Origin: a bacterium
GTDB taxonomy: Bacteria > UBA8248
Length of the DNA stretch: 64,000 nucleotides
Assembly (NCBI GenBank): GCA_965202625.1
Contig: CBDBBI010000010.1
Location: 2,144,001 to 2,208,000, forward strand
Reading direction: 5' to 3'
Both the position numbers and the translations under genes were made by a program. Positions 43,275 to 56,910 of the stretch are shown here, piece by piece; position 1 is the stretch's first letter; every line of letters begins with the position of its first letter. Below the pieces are notes generated by a model. That model made no database searches. It saw only the letters and a program-made list of their open reading frames with translations, and was not told the DNA's origin.

Positions 43275-43350
43275 GGGGATGTAGCTCAGTTGGGAGAGCA
43301 CCTGGTTTGCAACCAGGAGGTCGGCGGTTCGATTCCGCTCATCTCCACCA
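43275..43350 (+). tRNA. tRNA-Ala(TGC)
   Basis: Cloverleaf, anticodon loop TTTGCAA, GGTTCGATTCC, CCA end. Confidence 0.97.
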
Positions 43351-43524
43351 TTTTGAGATTTCACGCGCCTCGCTATTGGCTATAGTTTTCGTGACTATCA
43401 TTTTTTGGTGGTGCATTTCATGCGGGAGTTTCTCCCGTTTTTTGTTCTTTGACAATTGAATCGCGTGAATTGGCATAATCATGAAGGCTCTCAGTATTGA
43501 TTGAGAATCGTAATCTCAAGATTC

Positions 43525-46521
<2,997 letters not shown>

Positions 46522-46598
46522 GAATGGAGATTATTTGTTTCCAGTCGGGAGCCTCGTGATGCCAATCGCGCGATTCAGTTGTCGGGATTTTCAATCAT

Positions 46599-46714
46599 TT
46601 CCGGTGGCTATAGCGGCGGGGCCACACCCGTTCCCATCCCGAACACGGCAGTTAAGCCCGCCAGCGCCTATGGTACTGCGGTCCTTTCCGTGGGAGAGTG
46701 GGTCGTTGCCGGAA
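46599..46714 (+). rRNA. rrf: 5S rRNA
   Basis: TCCGGTGGC...CCCATCCCGAACAC...GTTGCCGGA. Confidence 0.97.
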
Positions 46715-46720
46715 TATGAC

Positions 46721-46759
46721 GAAAGCCCCGCAGGCGGAACCCAGCCTGCGGGGCTTTTC
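46721..46759 (+). terminator. intrinsic terminator of the rRNA operon
   Basis: AAAGCCCCGCAGGC-loop-GCCTGCGGGGCTTTT. Confidence 0.85.
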
Positions 46760-46794
46760 GCGCAGGGGCGTTTCAAGAAGGGCGTTACCATACC

Positions 46795-47226
46795 ATGTCG
46801 GAGCGTCCTCTTGTTCTCGGAGATCGAAAATTGTATCCCATCCCTTGGAATGCGCGCAGCGACGCGGGTGTATTCCTTTTCAACCAGGGGGAATACTGGT
46901 GCGCCCACGAGGCGTGGGAGGGCGTCTGGATGAGCGCTGCGCCGACGCCGAAGAAGTTCTATCAGGGCCTGATCCAGATCGCTGCCGGCTACGTGAAGCT
47001 CCAGCAGCGTCACCACAAGGGTGCTCTCGCCAACCTGAAGAAGGGCCTCGAACGCTTTCGAGAGGTGGACGATGCCGTGGGTGATCTGGACGCGCCGATT
47101 CTCTACAAAAAATTCGTCAACCAGTCGCGCGGCGTGCGTGTGAGCCTACTGGACCAGGGCGCGGCGCGGTTGCGCGCTCGCGCATGGGACTTATGGCCTA
47201 GAATTGAATACGCCAGGCGACCCTGA
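46795..47226 (+). CDS. DUF309 family protein
   Basis: FNQGEYWCAHEAWEGVW, YQGLIQIAAG. Confidence 0.8.
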   Translation: MSERPLVLGDRKLYPIPWNARSDAGVFLFNQGEYWCAHEAWEGVWMSAAPTPKKFYQGLIQIAAGYVKLQQRHHKGALANLKKGLERFREVDDAVGDLDAPILYKKFVNQSRGVRVSLLDQGAARLRARAWDLWPRIEYARRP

Positions 47227-47408
47227 AAGCCGGGTTTTCTCGGCACCACTCTCAGCAATCTGAGCATGGGCTCCTATCAGCAGGGCCGCACGCTGTTCTT
47301 GACCGCCAGTTTCATCTTGGGTTCTTAGGCGACCCCGTTGTCGGGGATCTTCGGACAGACGACTCCCCCCAATTCACGGGGACGCGGCGCCTTAATGAGG
47401 CGTTTGAA

Positions 47409-49115
47409 CTAAGGCGCCGCGATAAATTCGTTCTTCATCATTTCCTTGAGTTGTTCCACTGGAAAAACACCCAGCTCCTGCCATGCCGCACGCACTCCGA
47501 TGCGTCTCTGGACACGCTTCAAGGATTTCCCCTGAAACAGACGTTCCTTGTCCGGATCATCCATGAGCTCGGAAAGCGCCCAGATGAGAGCGGTGCGGAC
47601 CTTGACGTCCCCGGGGACGGAATTCCTCGACACGACAAGATTGATCAACTCTTCCCAATAGGACTGCGAGACGCTCAGCACCTTTCGGACGCTTCTCGGT
47701 TCCGCGCCGGACTGCTCGCATATCTCGCGGGTGAGATGTCCGCGCCACCAGGCGCGCGCGAACGGGCAGTTTACGTAGACGCTGCGATTGCCGCGCGCTT
47801 CCGGCAAGCCACTCATGCGCCTGATGGCGGTGCGGACGACGTCGTCAACCTCTTTTTTGTTTTCTCCTTTGAGCACCCGTTCGATTCTTTCGAGTCCTCT
47901 TGAAGCGTCGCCGCCGTTTGCGGCGAGGTAGGAGGATTGAATGCGGCCCGCCTCTATGTGGCGCAAGGTGATGAACCCCCAGAGCGTCACCCGGCACGCA
48001 TCCGCCGGAGAGAGCGATTTCCATGCCTCAAACATCCGTTCCTCAGCACTTTCCGGCGGATCCTTGAACTCCGATTCTGTGAGCGGCTCCTCCAGCATCG
48101 ACGGAGCCTCTCCCTCTTCCACCCTGACTTCATTTCTCATCCAACTGGGAAATTCATCGCTGCGGCACAGGACGGACAGAAATTCACGCTGCGCATCAGA
48201 ACCTTTCGATTTGAGTAAATTCTTGCGCAGCTTGGTATAGGAAGCGTCTTCAAACTTTTCGCAGGGCATCCCTACTCCTTCAACCTCTAAACGAGGCGGA
48301 ACATGGGGATACAACTTCGTCGCGACCTCATCGGCCAAGAAGTCTTTGTCGTCCCATGTCAGGAGGTCGTGTTCTTCAAGCATCTCCCTCAGCGCTTTCA
48401 GGTTGCTGAACGCTTCCCATTTTGGGGCCTCCTCCTCTTCGGCGCTCTCGCCGTAGCCGCGCACCAATATCTCAAAGCACCTGCTCACTACATGGGTCCG
48501 CACGCTATTGCAGTGGGCTTGATGCCCCCCTGCATTTTGCATAAAGGAAAACAGATTGGATGCCGTATGCACCTTGAAATAAAACCCATCCTCCTGACAC
48601 GGCACCACCTGAAAACAGCCATCCGGCAAGTCCGTATCCTTCTCGACGCGAAGTAAATTATGGAGAGAGGCCGTCGGTCGCAGATAGTTTTGCAGGGCCA
48701 GACGCGCGCCGGATGGAATTTCAACCTCTCGGCCTTGCCAGGCTTCCGCCACTCCGTCGTGCGGCCCCAAGATGCAGGAAAATGAAGAAGTAGCGACGAT
48801 GAGGGGACGCAGAATGGGCGGCTCACCCACTACGTCCATCTTCCATTCCACCTGCTGGCGTGCGTCGTCTGCGAGATGCAATTTTCTGTATCCCGTCAAC
48901 GGCACGGCGACCAGACAGCCGTATCTGGCTTTGCCCTCGGAGATTGCGCGCTCGAGGAAAGCCGCCCCCCGGAGTGCGTGATTCAACACCACCGAGGCCC
49001 CGTCTTGCCTGGGCTTCGCCTCCACCAGATATTCTCCCTCTGGATAGGACATATTGCCGTCCTCAAGCGCCGGATAGGGAAGGGAGCGGACGAGTTCTCC
49101 CGCTTTCGCCATCAC
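47409..49115 (-). CDS. hypothetical protein, probably two fused accessory genes (second start 48269)
   Basis: 568 aa open frame; internal AAGGAG RBS before the in-frame ATG at 48269. Confidence 0.55.
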   Translation of the reverse strand: MMAKAGELVRSLPYPALEDGNMSYPEGEYLVEAKPRQDGASVVLNHALRGAAFLERAISEGKARYGCLVAVPLTGYRKLHLADDARQQVEWKMDVVGEPPILRPLIVATSSFSCILGPHDGVAEAWQGREVEIPSGARLALQNYLRPTASLHNLLRVEKDTDLPDGCFQVVPCQEDGFYFKVHTASNLFSFMQNAGGHQAHCNSVRTHVVSRCFEILVRGYGESAEEEEAPKWEAFSNLKALREMLEEHDLLTWDDKDFLADEVATKLYPHVPPRLEVEGVGMPCEKFEDASYTKLRKNLLKSKGSDAQREFLSVLCRSDEFPSWMRNEVRVEEGEAPSMLEEPLTESEFKDPPESAEERMFEAWKSLSPADACRVTLWGFITLRHIEAGRIQSSYLAANGGDASRGLERIERVLKGENKKEVDDVVRTAIRRMSGLPEARGNRSVYVNCPFARAWWRGHLTREICEQSGAEPRSVRKVLSVSQSYWEELINLVVSRNSVPGDVKVRTALIWALSELMDDPDKERLFQGKSLKRVQRRIGVRAAWQELGVFPVEQLKEMMKNEFIAAP

Positions 49116-49489
49116 GACTTCCTCTGGTTTTCAGAGCGGGAAGCCCGGTGCATCAGCTGCGCCTTCGACACGACCCGCGCCTCATCCATCAGGTCGACGC
49201 CTGGCGGCAGCTCATAGTCGAATTTGATATGTACCGTCTTTTCGGGATGCTCGGCGGAGGTGTTGTTGAATATGACCACGTCGCCACGCTCCGGGCGCAG
49301 AATCCCCGCCTCAAGAAGCACGAAAAGAAGCATCCCGCTCGTCTGACCTCCGGAGAATTTGACCACGTGCGGCAATTCCTCATGGCCAGGGTATTCATAG
49401 TGAAACGGATGCGCGCTGTCAGGCGATGAAACGGGCCGGGCTTTCCCAAAAATCTCCAGCCTCGGAACGTCATGAACCGCGTGGGTCAT
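49112..49489 (-). pseudogene. truncated PAPS-reductase-like PP-loop gene joined to an unrelated C-terminal tail
   Basis: VVKFSGGQTSG...VVIFNNTSAEHPE, then an abrupt change near 49240. Confidence 0.6.
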
Positions 49490-49681
49490 TTTTGTCCGCA
49501 GTTTTGAGGCGCCTTTTTTATGGAGACAAAAGGCGGAGAATATACAAGATTTCAGATATTTTGCGAGAATGCGCGGAAAATGCCAACGTCCCGGCCGGTT
49601 CGGGTTTTCCGCGTTTCTCTGCGTTTTTCGTGTCGCTCGCCTGGGGCCGGGTCTGTCAGGCTGCTGTTGCGCGCGATGCGT

Positions 49682-50689
49682 TCAACCGTTTTTTTTCTTT
49701 GGATCGTTCACCGGATATTTGGGTCGCTTTCCGTTCAGGACGCGGGCGATGTCCGCGCCCGTACAGGCGGCGATGGCTTCGAGGCACTCTTTCGTGGAGC
49801 CCGCCATGTGCGGCGTCAAGATGACGCCCGGCGCGTCGAAGATGGGACTTTTTGGATTTGGCGGCTCCCCTTCGAGCACGTCGAGTGCCGCTCCACCGAG
49901 TTTGCCGCTTCTGAGCGCGCGCGTGAGCGCGTCCTCGTCCACCAGAGAGCCTCTGGCGGCGTTGACCAGAAAAGCGCCCTTCTTCATCTTGGAGATTGTG
50001 CGTTCGTCGATCAGGTGGCGGGTGGCGGGGGTGAGCGGTGCGTGGAGGGAGAGGAAATCTGCTTGCGCCAGGAGGGAATCAAGCCGCGCGGGCCGCGCTC
50101 CACGCGCCTTGATCTCCTCGCGCGAGAGGCCCGGATCGCGCGCAAGGACCTTCATGCCCATCGCGTCCGCCATTTTCGAGAGCCGGCTTCCCACCTGCCC
50201 AATCCCGATGAGGCCCAGCGTCTTGCCCCGAAGCTCCACGCCCGTGTGGCGCGCCTCCCCCCACGTCCGCTCTGCGCTCACGTGCGACGCTGCTTGGGGA
50301 ATGCGTCTAGCCACGGAGAGCATCAAGCCGAGGGCGAGTTCGGCCACGGCGTTCGCGTTCGCCCCTGGCGCGTTCGTGACGAGCACGCCCCGTTCTGTGC
50401 AGGCGTCCACGTCAACCTGGTCCACGCCCGCGCCGTGCACGGCCACCACCCGCAAGTCCGGAAGCCGCTCGAGCAGGGAGGCGGTGACGTAACCGGGCCG
50501 CAGTAAAACGCCCTCCGCTCCTCGGAGGGTTTGGGCGAAAAGCGCCTCTTCCTCCTCTTCCAGGGGCTTGAAGGGCAGCACCACGGCCCGAACGGGAGCA
50601 ACGCCCGCCAACGCCTTTTTAACGGGCGTCATGGCGACGGGAAAATCAGGGGTGGAGGTGACGGCTACCCATCGTCTCTTTGACGGCAT
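49682..50689 (-). CDS. D-isomer 2-hydroxyacid dehydrogenase (SerA-like)
   Basis: GAGVDQVD, GLIGIGQVG, LVNAARG, DVLEGEP, TPHMAG. Confidence 0.92.
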   Translation of the reverse strand: MPSKRRWVAVTSTPDFPVAMTPVKKALAGVAPVRAVVLPFKPLEEEEEALFAQTLRGAEGVLLRPGYVTASLLERLPDLRVVAVHGAGVDQVDVDACTERGVLVTNAPGANANAVAELALGLMLSVARRIPQAASHVSAERTWGEARHTGVELRGKTLGLIGIGQVGSRLSKMADAMGMKVLARDPGLSREEIKARGARPARLDSLLAQADFLSLHAPLTPATRHLIDERTISKMKKGAFLVNAARGSLVDEDALTRALRSGKLGGAALDVLEGEPPNPKSPIFDAPGVILTPHMAGSTKECLEAIAACTGADIARVLNGKRPKYPVNDPKKKNG

Positions 50690-50697
50690 GAGGGGAA

Positions 50698-52359
50698 CTA
50701 CATGTGTGTGGCGGTAAAGTCGCCGCCGTAGTTGTATTCGGTTCTCGCTTTTTGAGCGGAGAGGAGTCCCTCTTGGAGGTCATGCTCAATGGCACGCCAT
50801 GAACGGTCTTTGGCGTCCCCGTAGCCGCCTCCGCTGGGCACCTCCAGGACGAGTCTGTCGCTTTGGTTCATGAGCCATTGACGCTTGGGGTTGATGGGGC
50901 GTCCGTTCAGGGTCACTTTGCCGACGCGCCCGTTTTTCCCGCCGAACAGTCCGTAGGCGGGATGCCGGGTGCGCTCGCTCATGAAGGTGAGGAGAATCGG
51001 CCCGTCGGAGAGCGATTTCACGATGACCTGCTGGCCGTTTCCACCGGCATATTTGCCCGCGCCGCCGCTGTCCCTTATGGACGCTTTTCTCTCCACCAGC
51101 AGGGGTACGAGGTGCTCGAGAATTTCGATGGGGGTGTTCGAAGTGTTCGAGGGGAAGTCGAGGCATACTCTCCCGTCGTGCCCATTGGTCGCGCCCTGTC
51201 CGCCGTGCAGAAAAAAGTTGCCGGCGAAGCGTCGGTTTTCCTTTGTGATGCCCGCCGCGTTTATGCCCCACGTGGGACTGCCGCTAGCCGCCTGCACGAG
51301 GTTGGGAACCGCCTTGCACAGCGCGCCGAAAATGGCCGAGGGAATGAAATGTCCTACCATGGAGCGGCCGTTTACGGGCGCCGGGTAGCGCGGATTCAGT
51401 ATGCTACCCTCGGGGGCGGATACCGTTACGGGCCGAAAGTTGCCCTCGTTGTTGGGAATCTGCGGGCAAAACAGGCATTTCAACGAGTAGGCGGAATAGG
51501 AATAGACGTAGTTCAGGACGGAATTTAGGCCGCGGTCCACCTGCGGGGATGAACCCGTGTAATCGACCAGAATGCTGCTTCCGCGAACCTTGACCTCCAC
51601 GCGGATGATTAAAGGCTCGTCATATCCGTCCGTGGACACCTGAAAGCGGTATTCACCGTCCTCTACTTTTTTGATGGCCTCGCGCATCGCGTTCTCAGAG
51701 CGCTGGAAGATCGTGGTGGCCGGCGCTTCGAGATCAGCGAGCTTGTATTCTTCGAGCATCTCGCCGATGCGCCTAGCGGCGAGGCGACCGGCGGACATGT
51801 GGGAGATCAGATCTCCTTCCACCTGGTTCGGCACGCGCACGTTGTTTCTGATGATGCGCAGGATGCCCTCGTTGATTTGGCCCGCCGACATGTATTTGCA
51901 AGGTGGGAGCTGGAGACCTTCTTCGTAGATTTCCCGCACTTCGGGAGACTTCAACTTCCCTCCCATATCTGTTACGTGCGTGGTAATGCCGATGAGGGCG
52001 ACCAGCCTCTTTTTGTAGAACACGGGTGTAAGGGAGGCGAGATCTTGAAGATGGCCGGTTCCCATCCAGGGGTCGTTCGTCAGAATGAGATCGCTCGGGA
52101 CGAGGGTTTCAGGCGGGAAAATCTGCAGAAGTTTTTTGGCCGTGATAGGCAGCGCGCCCACGAAGCTGGGCATGGTGGACCTGGCCTGGGCGATGGACTG
52201 CCCGCTGGGGTTCAATATGATGACTGCGAAATTTTTCGATTCGCGTATCGTGGTGGAGAAAGCGGTACGCACGATCTCGATGGCCGCCTCCTCAGCGATG
52301 GCGATGAGCCGGTTCCAGAGAACCTCCAACGTGATTGAATCAATGCCTTTGCGGGCCAT
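50698..52359 (-). CDS. hydantoinase B/oxoprolinase family protein
   Basis: RTAFSTTIRE, NDPWMGTGHLQD, HVTDMGG, GGGYG. Confidence 0.9.
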   Translation of the reverse strand: MARKGIDSITLEVLWNRLIAIAEEAAIEIVRTAFSTTIRESKNFAVIILNPSGQSIAQARSTMPSFVGALPITAKKLLQIFPPETLVPSDLILTNDPWMGTGHLQDLASLTPVFYKKRLVALIGITTHVTDMGGKLKSPEVREIYEEGLQLPPCKYMSAGQINEGILRIIRNNVRVPNQVEGDLISHMSAGRLAARRIGEMLEEYKLADLEAPATTIFQRSENAMREAIKKVEDGEYRFQVSTDGYDEPLIIRVEVKVRGSSILVDYTGSSPQVDRGLNSVLNYVYSYSAYSLKCLFCPQIPNNEGNFRPVTVSAPEGSILNPRYPAPVNGRSMVGHFIPSAIFGALCKAVPNLVQAASGSPTWGINAAGITKENRRFAGNFFLHGGQGATNGHDGRVCLDFPSNTSNTPIEILEHLVPLLVERKASIRDSGGAGKYAGGNGQQVIVKSLSDGPILLTFMSERTRHPAYGLFGGKNGRVGKVTLNGRPINPKRQWLMNQSDRLVLEVPSGGGYGDAKDRSWRAIEHDLQEGLLSAQKARTEYNYGGDFTATHM

Positions 52360-52375
52360 GTTTTCCGTCTCTTCT

Positions 52376-54481
52376 TTAGAGTTCGATTATCAGGTTTTGG
52401 AATTTGTCTACCTGGAAGTTCGAGCGCGGCCCGACGACCGTGGTCGTCATTCGTTCTTCTATCAGCGCGGGCCCCTTGAATTTCTGGCCTGGCTCTAGCA
52501 GATAGCGGTCAAAAATGTTGACTTTCCGAAAGCCTTTGTTCTCCGGCATGTAGATGCGTCGGCTACCCTTCAGGGCGTTTTTGACGTCTTTTTCCGCCAG
52601 ATTCGAGAAATCGAAACTCACGTTGGGTTCTGGTCCCATACCGAAGATGCGCCAACTGAACACTTGAAGTGGCACCTCTTTGATGGCGCGCCCGTGGGCG
52701 GAGGCGTAGTGCTCGTGATAGGTATCGCTGATTTCCCCAAAGTGGTTCTGCGTTAGTTTTCCGCGTGGTATGGGAATAGTGAGGGGGAAGCCTTGGCCCT
52801 CAAAGCTGATGTCGGCCATGCGTTGAATGCGAATCTCGCGCTCTTTCACGCCCGCGTCGATGAGGACTTTCCGAATTCGCTTTTCGCGCCGGACGAGCAT
52901 ATCGTTCAAATCTGAGAGGTTGACGTCCTCAAGCGGCATCACATGGCTGTCCACGGTGTCCACTTTGAAGGGAACGGTGTGCAACCCCAGACTGGAGGCC
53001 AAGCCTGCGCCTGGCGGGCAAACGATGCGCCGCAACCCCACTTTGCGCGCAAGCCGAAAAGCGTGGACAGGGCCGGCGCCCCCCGTAGCCATGAGAGTGA
53101 AGTTGCGCGGATCTTTGCCTCGCTCTGATAGTTTGATGCGTGCGGCGGCGGCCATGGTCTCGTTCGCCAGCTCGTGAATGCCCCAAGCCGCTTGGATATC
53201 CTCAATTTTCATCGGCTCGGCTATTTTGGCGCGTATGGCTTCGGACGCCGCCTCCGGAAAAACGGGCATCTCACCGCCCAGAAAATACTCCGGATTGATG
53301 TAGCCAAGGAGCAGGTTGGCGTCGGTCACAGTAGGCTCATCGCCTCCTAGGCCGTAGCAAGCGGGCCCAGGTGATGCTCCTTGGCTTTCGGGGCCGACTT
53401 TCAACAGTCCTAAATCATCGATTCGCGCGATGCTGCCTCCGCCAGCACCCACCTCGATAAGATCGATGCACGGCACCTGGATGGGTATTCCGCTCCCCTT
53501 GGTGAAGCGTTTGACGCGTGCGATCTCGAATTGAACGGACAAGTGCGGTTCTCCGTTTTCGATGATGCACGATTTCGCCGTAGTCCCACCCATGTCAAAA
53601 GCGATGAGATTTTCGAACTCGCCGAGTTTTCCATAGTAGACCGAGGAAAGTGCTCCAGCCGCAGGGCCTGACTCGAACATGCGAATGGGACTCCGCGCAG
53701 CGGATTTCGCGGTGGCGATGCCGCCGTTTGAGAGCATGATATATAGCGATACGTTTTCGAGATTGATTTCCAAGTCTTCGATATATTTGGAGACAATCGG
53801 CTGAATATAGGCGTTGGCCACTGTAGTGGAGGTCCTCTCGTATTCCCTTATTTCCGGGCACACTTGAGAGGAGAGGCTGAAATCTACATCGGGGAACGAC
53901 TGCGCTATCGCTTCGCCGACTTCATCCTCATGCGCCGAATTGACGTAGGAATGCAGGAGGCAAACTGCGATGGATTTTGCCCCCTTCTCGACGAGTTCCT
54001 GGATGGTTACTTTCACCTCTTGGGTGCTCAGCGGTTGGAGGATTTCACCGGTCGCAGAAATTCTCTCGGTTAATTCGCGCCGAAAAGGTCCGGACACGAG
54101 AGGTTCTGGAAATTCGGGCACGATGTCGTAGATGTCGTATCTTGATTCACGACCCATCAAAAGGATGTCGGCGAATCCCTTTGTTGCGAGAAGACCTGTG
54201 GGGACGCCTTTCTTCTCAATGATCGCGTTGGTGGCTAGAGTGGTTGCATGAATCGCTTGGCCGAGGTCGCGAAAGCGCAGATTTTCCTCATCAAGCAACG
54301 TCCGCAGACCTGCGAGGGCACCGATGGAAGGATCGTTCAGCGTCGTGAGATATTTCCCAACTGCGGTTCTTCCGTTCGAGGGACTATAAATCGCGATATC
54401 AGTGAACGTGCCTCCGATGTCTATAGCGGCGACAAGTCGCTTTCTCGATCTTGATGTGGATGATGAAGCAGATTTTACCAT
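52376..54481 (-). CDS. hydantoinase A/oxoprolinase family protein
   Basis: DIGGTFTD, HATTLATNA, ESGPAAG, DMGGTTAK, GAGGGSIA. Confidence 0.9.
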   Translation of the reverse strand: MVKSASSSTSRSRKRLVAAIDIGGTFTDIAIYSPSNGRTAVGKYLTTLNDPSIGALAGLRTLLDEENLRFRDLGQAIHATTLATNAIIEKKGVPTGLLATKGFADILLMGRESRYDIYDIVPEFPEPLVSGPFRRELTERISATGEILQPLSTQEVKVTIQELVEKGAKSIAVCLLHSYVNSAHEDEVGEAIAQSFPDVDFSLSSQVCPEIREYERTSTTVANAYIQPIVSKYIEDLEINLENVSLYIMLSNGGIATAKSAARSPIRMFESGPAAGALSSVYYGKLGEFENLIAFDMGGTTAKSCIIENGEPHLSVQFEIARVKRFTKGSGIPIQVPCIDLIEVGAGGGSIARIDDLGLLKVGPESQGASPGPACYGLGGDEPTVTDANLLLGYINPEYFLGGEMPVFPEAASEAIRAKIAEPMKIEDIQAAWGIHELANETMAAAARIKLSERGKDPRNFTLMATGGAGPVHAFRLARKVGLRRIVCPPGAGLASSLGLHTVPFKVDTVDSHVMPLEDVNLSDLNDMLVRREKRIRKVLIDAGVKEREIRIQRMADISFEGQGFPLTIPIPRGKLTQNHFGEISDTYHEHYASAHGRAIKEVPLQVFSWRIFGMGPEPNVSFDFSNLAEKDVKNALKGSRRIYMPENKGFRKVNIFDRYLLEPGQKFKGPALIEERMTTTVVGPRSNFQVDKFQNLIIEL

Positions 54482-54844
54482 TTCTAAGTTGTGGGCAAGC
54501 CTCTTGAAGTAGAAATAGAAAAGATTAGCGAAACATCATCATTCTCTATAAGTATATGAAAATATACGCTTTGTCAATTCTCGATCAGATGGATGCGCTT
54601 TAAGGTATTGAATTTTAATAAGTTAAGGATTTTGGAAAATGGGCAGAAATAATGAAAGTAATATAAATATGATGGGATGTTTGGGTTAAACTGTTGATAT
54701 ATTTATAGTTGTAAAATTATAATCGAATATCTACATTGTCAATAAAACATGAAATATCGTAATTTGTGTAGCAGGGCGGAATTTCTATACGACATGGTGC
54801 GTGTTTTCTTCCGTAAGGGTGAGGTGTGATTTGACGGTGAAAGG

Positions 54845-55855
54845 GTGAAAGATGGTAGGGGATCAGTCGTTCAATATGCCGTGGTGGATTGCGATCCAGG
54901 CGTGGATGACGCGCTTGCTTTGGCAATGGGTTTCTCGTCTTCCTTTTTGCAATACGTTGCGGTGACAACCGTGCATGGTAATGTTTCCGCGCGTTTGGCT
55001 TACCAAAATGCGAGGAAACTCACGGCGTTTCTGCGCGCGCACCTCAAGCATTCCATTGAAGATGTTCCTGTCTACCGGGGGGCCTCGCTGGCCTTGGACG
55101 GAAGCCGCTTGAACCGGAGCGAATCACTTAAGATTCACGGGGCGGATGGCCTAGGGATGATGTTCAGGAGCGAAGGACGCTCTCGTCGCCTGGGCAAAGG
55201 AGGCGCAAAATCGTCTTGTGATGTGCTCGTTGAGCAGGCTCGTTATTGGGGCTCGCAACTCACCATCATCACCTTGGGGCCGTTGACGAATTTAGCCTTG
55301 GCCTTGCGACGTGCCCCTGATGCCTTCTCTCGGGTGCACCGGATTGTCGTCATGGGAGGGGCCGCTCAAATGCCTGGCAACGTGACTCCAGCGGCCGAAT
55401 TCAACATCTATTGCGACCCCCAGGCAGCGGCCGAAGTATTCTCATCCGGGCTTCCCATCACGATGGTGGGTCTTGATGTCACGAGGCGTGCTCTTCTTCA
55501 CGTCAATAAATTTGAAGGCGGCGGACCATTTCGGGCGGCGCTTCGAGATCTCATCAAAGCGTATGCCCAATTCTCCAGAAAAAGAAGAGGGACAAATGAT
55601 ATTACTTTACACGATCCTCTGGCGCTCGCCGTCGGAATGAAGCCAGGTTTCGTAGAAACAAGGCGGTGTCGGGTAGACGTGGACACGAGCAAGGGCATCG
55701 CGCGAGGGATGACGGTAGTGGATTTGAGGGAGAAGGTGCAGTCTCGCGTCAAAAATCCGATCGACGTGGCCTTGGATGTGGACGTAAAGTGTTTTTTGGC
55801 GTTCTTCATCTCGCAGCTGCGTAAATATCGTGGATGGAGCGCCGATGAAAAATGA
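54845..55855 (+). CDS. nucleoside hydrolase (IunH/Rih family)
   Basis: DCDPGVDD, HGADGLG, GPLTN, AEFNIYCDP, LHDP. Confidence 0.9.
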   Translation: MKDGRGSVVQYAVVDCDPGVDDALALAMGFSSSFLQYVAVTTVHGNVSARLAYQNARKLTAFLRAHLKHSIEDVPVYRGASLALDGSRLNRSESLKIHGADGLGMMFRSEGRSRRLGKGGAKSSCDVLVEQARYWGSQLTIITLGPLTNLALALRRAPDAFSRVHRIVVMGGAAQMPGNVTPAAEFNIYCDPQAAAEVFSSGLPITMVGLDVTRRALLHVNKFEGGGPFRAALRDLIKAYAQFSRKRRGTNDITLHDPLALAVGMKPGFVETRRCRVDVDTSKGIARGMTVVDLREKVQSRVKNPIDVALDVDVKCFLAFFISQLRKYRGWSADEK

Positions 55856-56805
55856 AAAAGGCACCATTTTGGTGCTAGGGAGCTCGAATGTCGACATCGT
55901 CGTTCGTGTGGATAGACTCCCGTCTGCGGGTGAAACGGTAATGGGAGAGAGCTTTCAGGAACATTGGGGTGGAAAAGGGGCGAACCAAGCTCTTGCTGCC
56001 GCCCGCGCTGGCGCGGAGGTCCATTTTGTCACCATGTTGGGAAATGACGCGGAAGGCGACGCCTATCGTCGTTATTTGATGGAAAGTGGGTTATCGCCCG
56101 ATGGCGTATTGCGTTGTAAGTCAAGGACGGGTAGGGCGCTGATTGTGGTGGGGAAAGGGGGTGAGAACCAAATCGCTGTGACTCCTGGCGCAAATCGGTT
56201 CCTCACGCCTGGAAGAATGAGAAGGAAACCAAGGCTTTTGGATTTCTGAGAGATTGTCTTAGCGCAACTAGGTCCCGGTTTCATCCATTACAGCCGTGTT
56301 CCGAAAGGGGAGGAGGCGCGGTGCTCGCAACATCTTAAATCCGGCCCCGGCGCCCGAAAGTTTGCCTCAAGAGCTGATTCGATTGGTCGATGTGTTGACG
56401 CCAAACGAAACGGAAGCGGCGAAGCTGGCCAAGCTCAAGAGAATACCCACGAGTGCCGAGGAGTTTTTGCGCGCTTCGCGCGCTTTGGAAATGTTGGGGC
56501 CTTCTTGCGTCATCATTACGGCGGGGGGAAAGGGCGCTTTTGTTCTGAATCAAAACAAGGCTTATTGGCTGAGAGCTCCCGTTGGACTGAAGGCGGTGGA
56601 TACGACAGGGGCGGGCGATGCTTTTTGTGGGGCGCTAGTGGCTAAATTTTCAGAGTGCACGGAACTTGAAGATGCGGTTCGTTTCGCAGTTGGCGCGGGC
56701 TCGTGTTCTGTAAAAAGACATGGTGCTCAGGCGGGCTTGCCTTCGCGCCGACAAATTATGAAAACCCAGGGCGAGGTGCGCCACAAACAGGTTTGGGTTG
56801 GTTGA
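55845..56805 (+). pseudogene. rbsK: ribokinase, disrupted by an in-frame TGA (56247) and a frameshift (~56270)
   Basis: GSSNVD and GGKGANQA in the first half; NPAPA, PNETE and DTTGAGD in the second half, in a different frame. Confidence 0.8.
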
Positions 56806-56910
56806 CTTCAATCAATAACCCGCATAGGGTAAATTTGAGTGGGTGTTGGATGAACGACATTCGCCTCTCATAATTTTGATTGCGTCGCCAACCAAAAGGA
56901 GAAACTCCTC

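Noticed and set aside
56247-56249. Selenocysteine in ribokinase
   Set aside because: Not in a Cys redox motif, and a frameshift follows within about 25 nt
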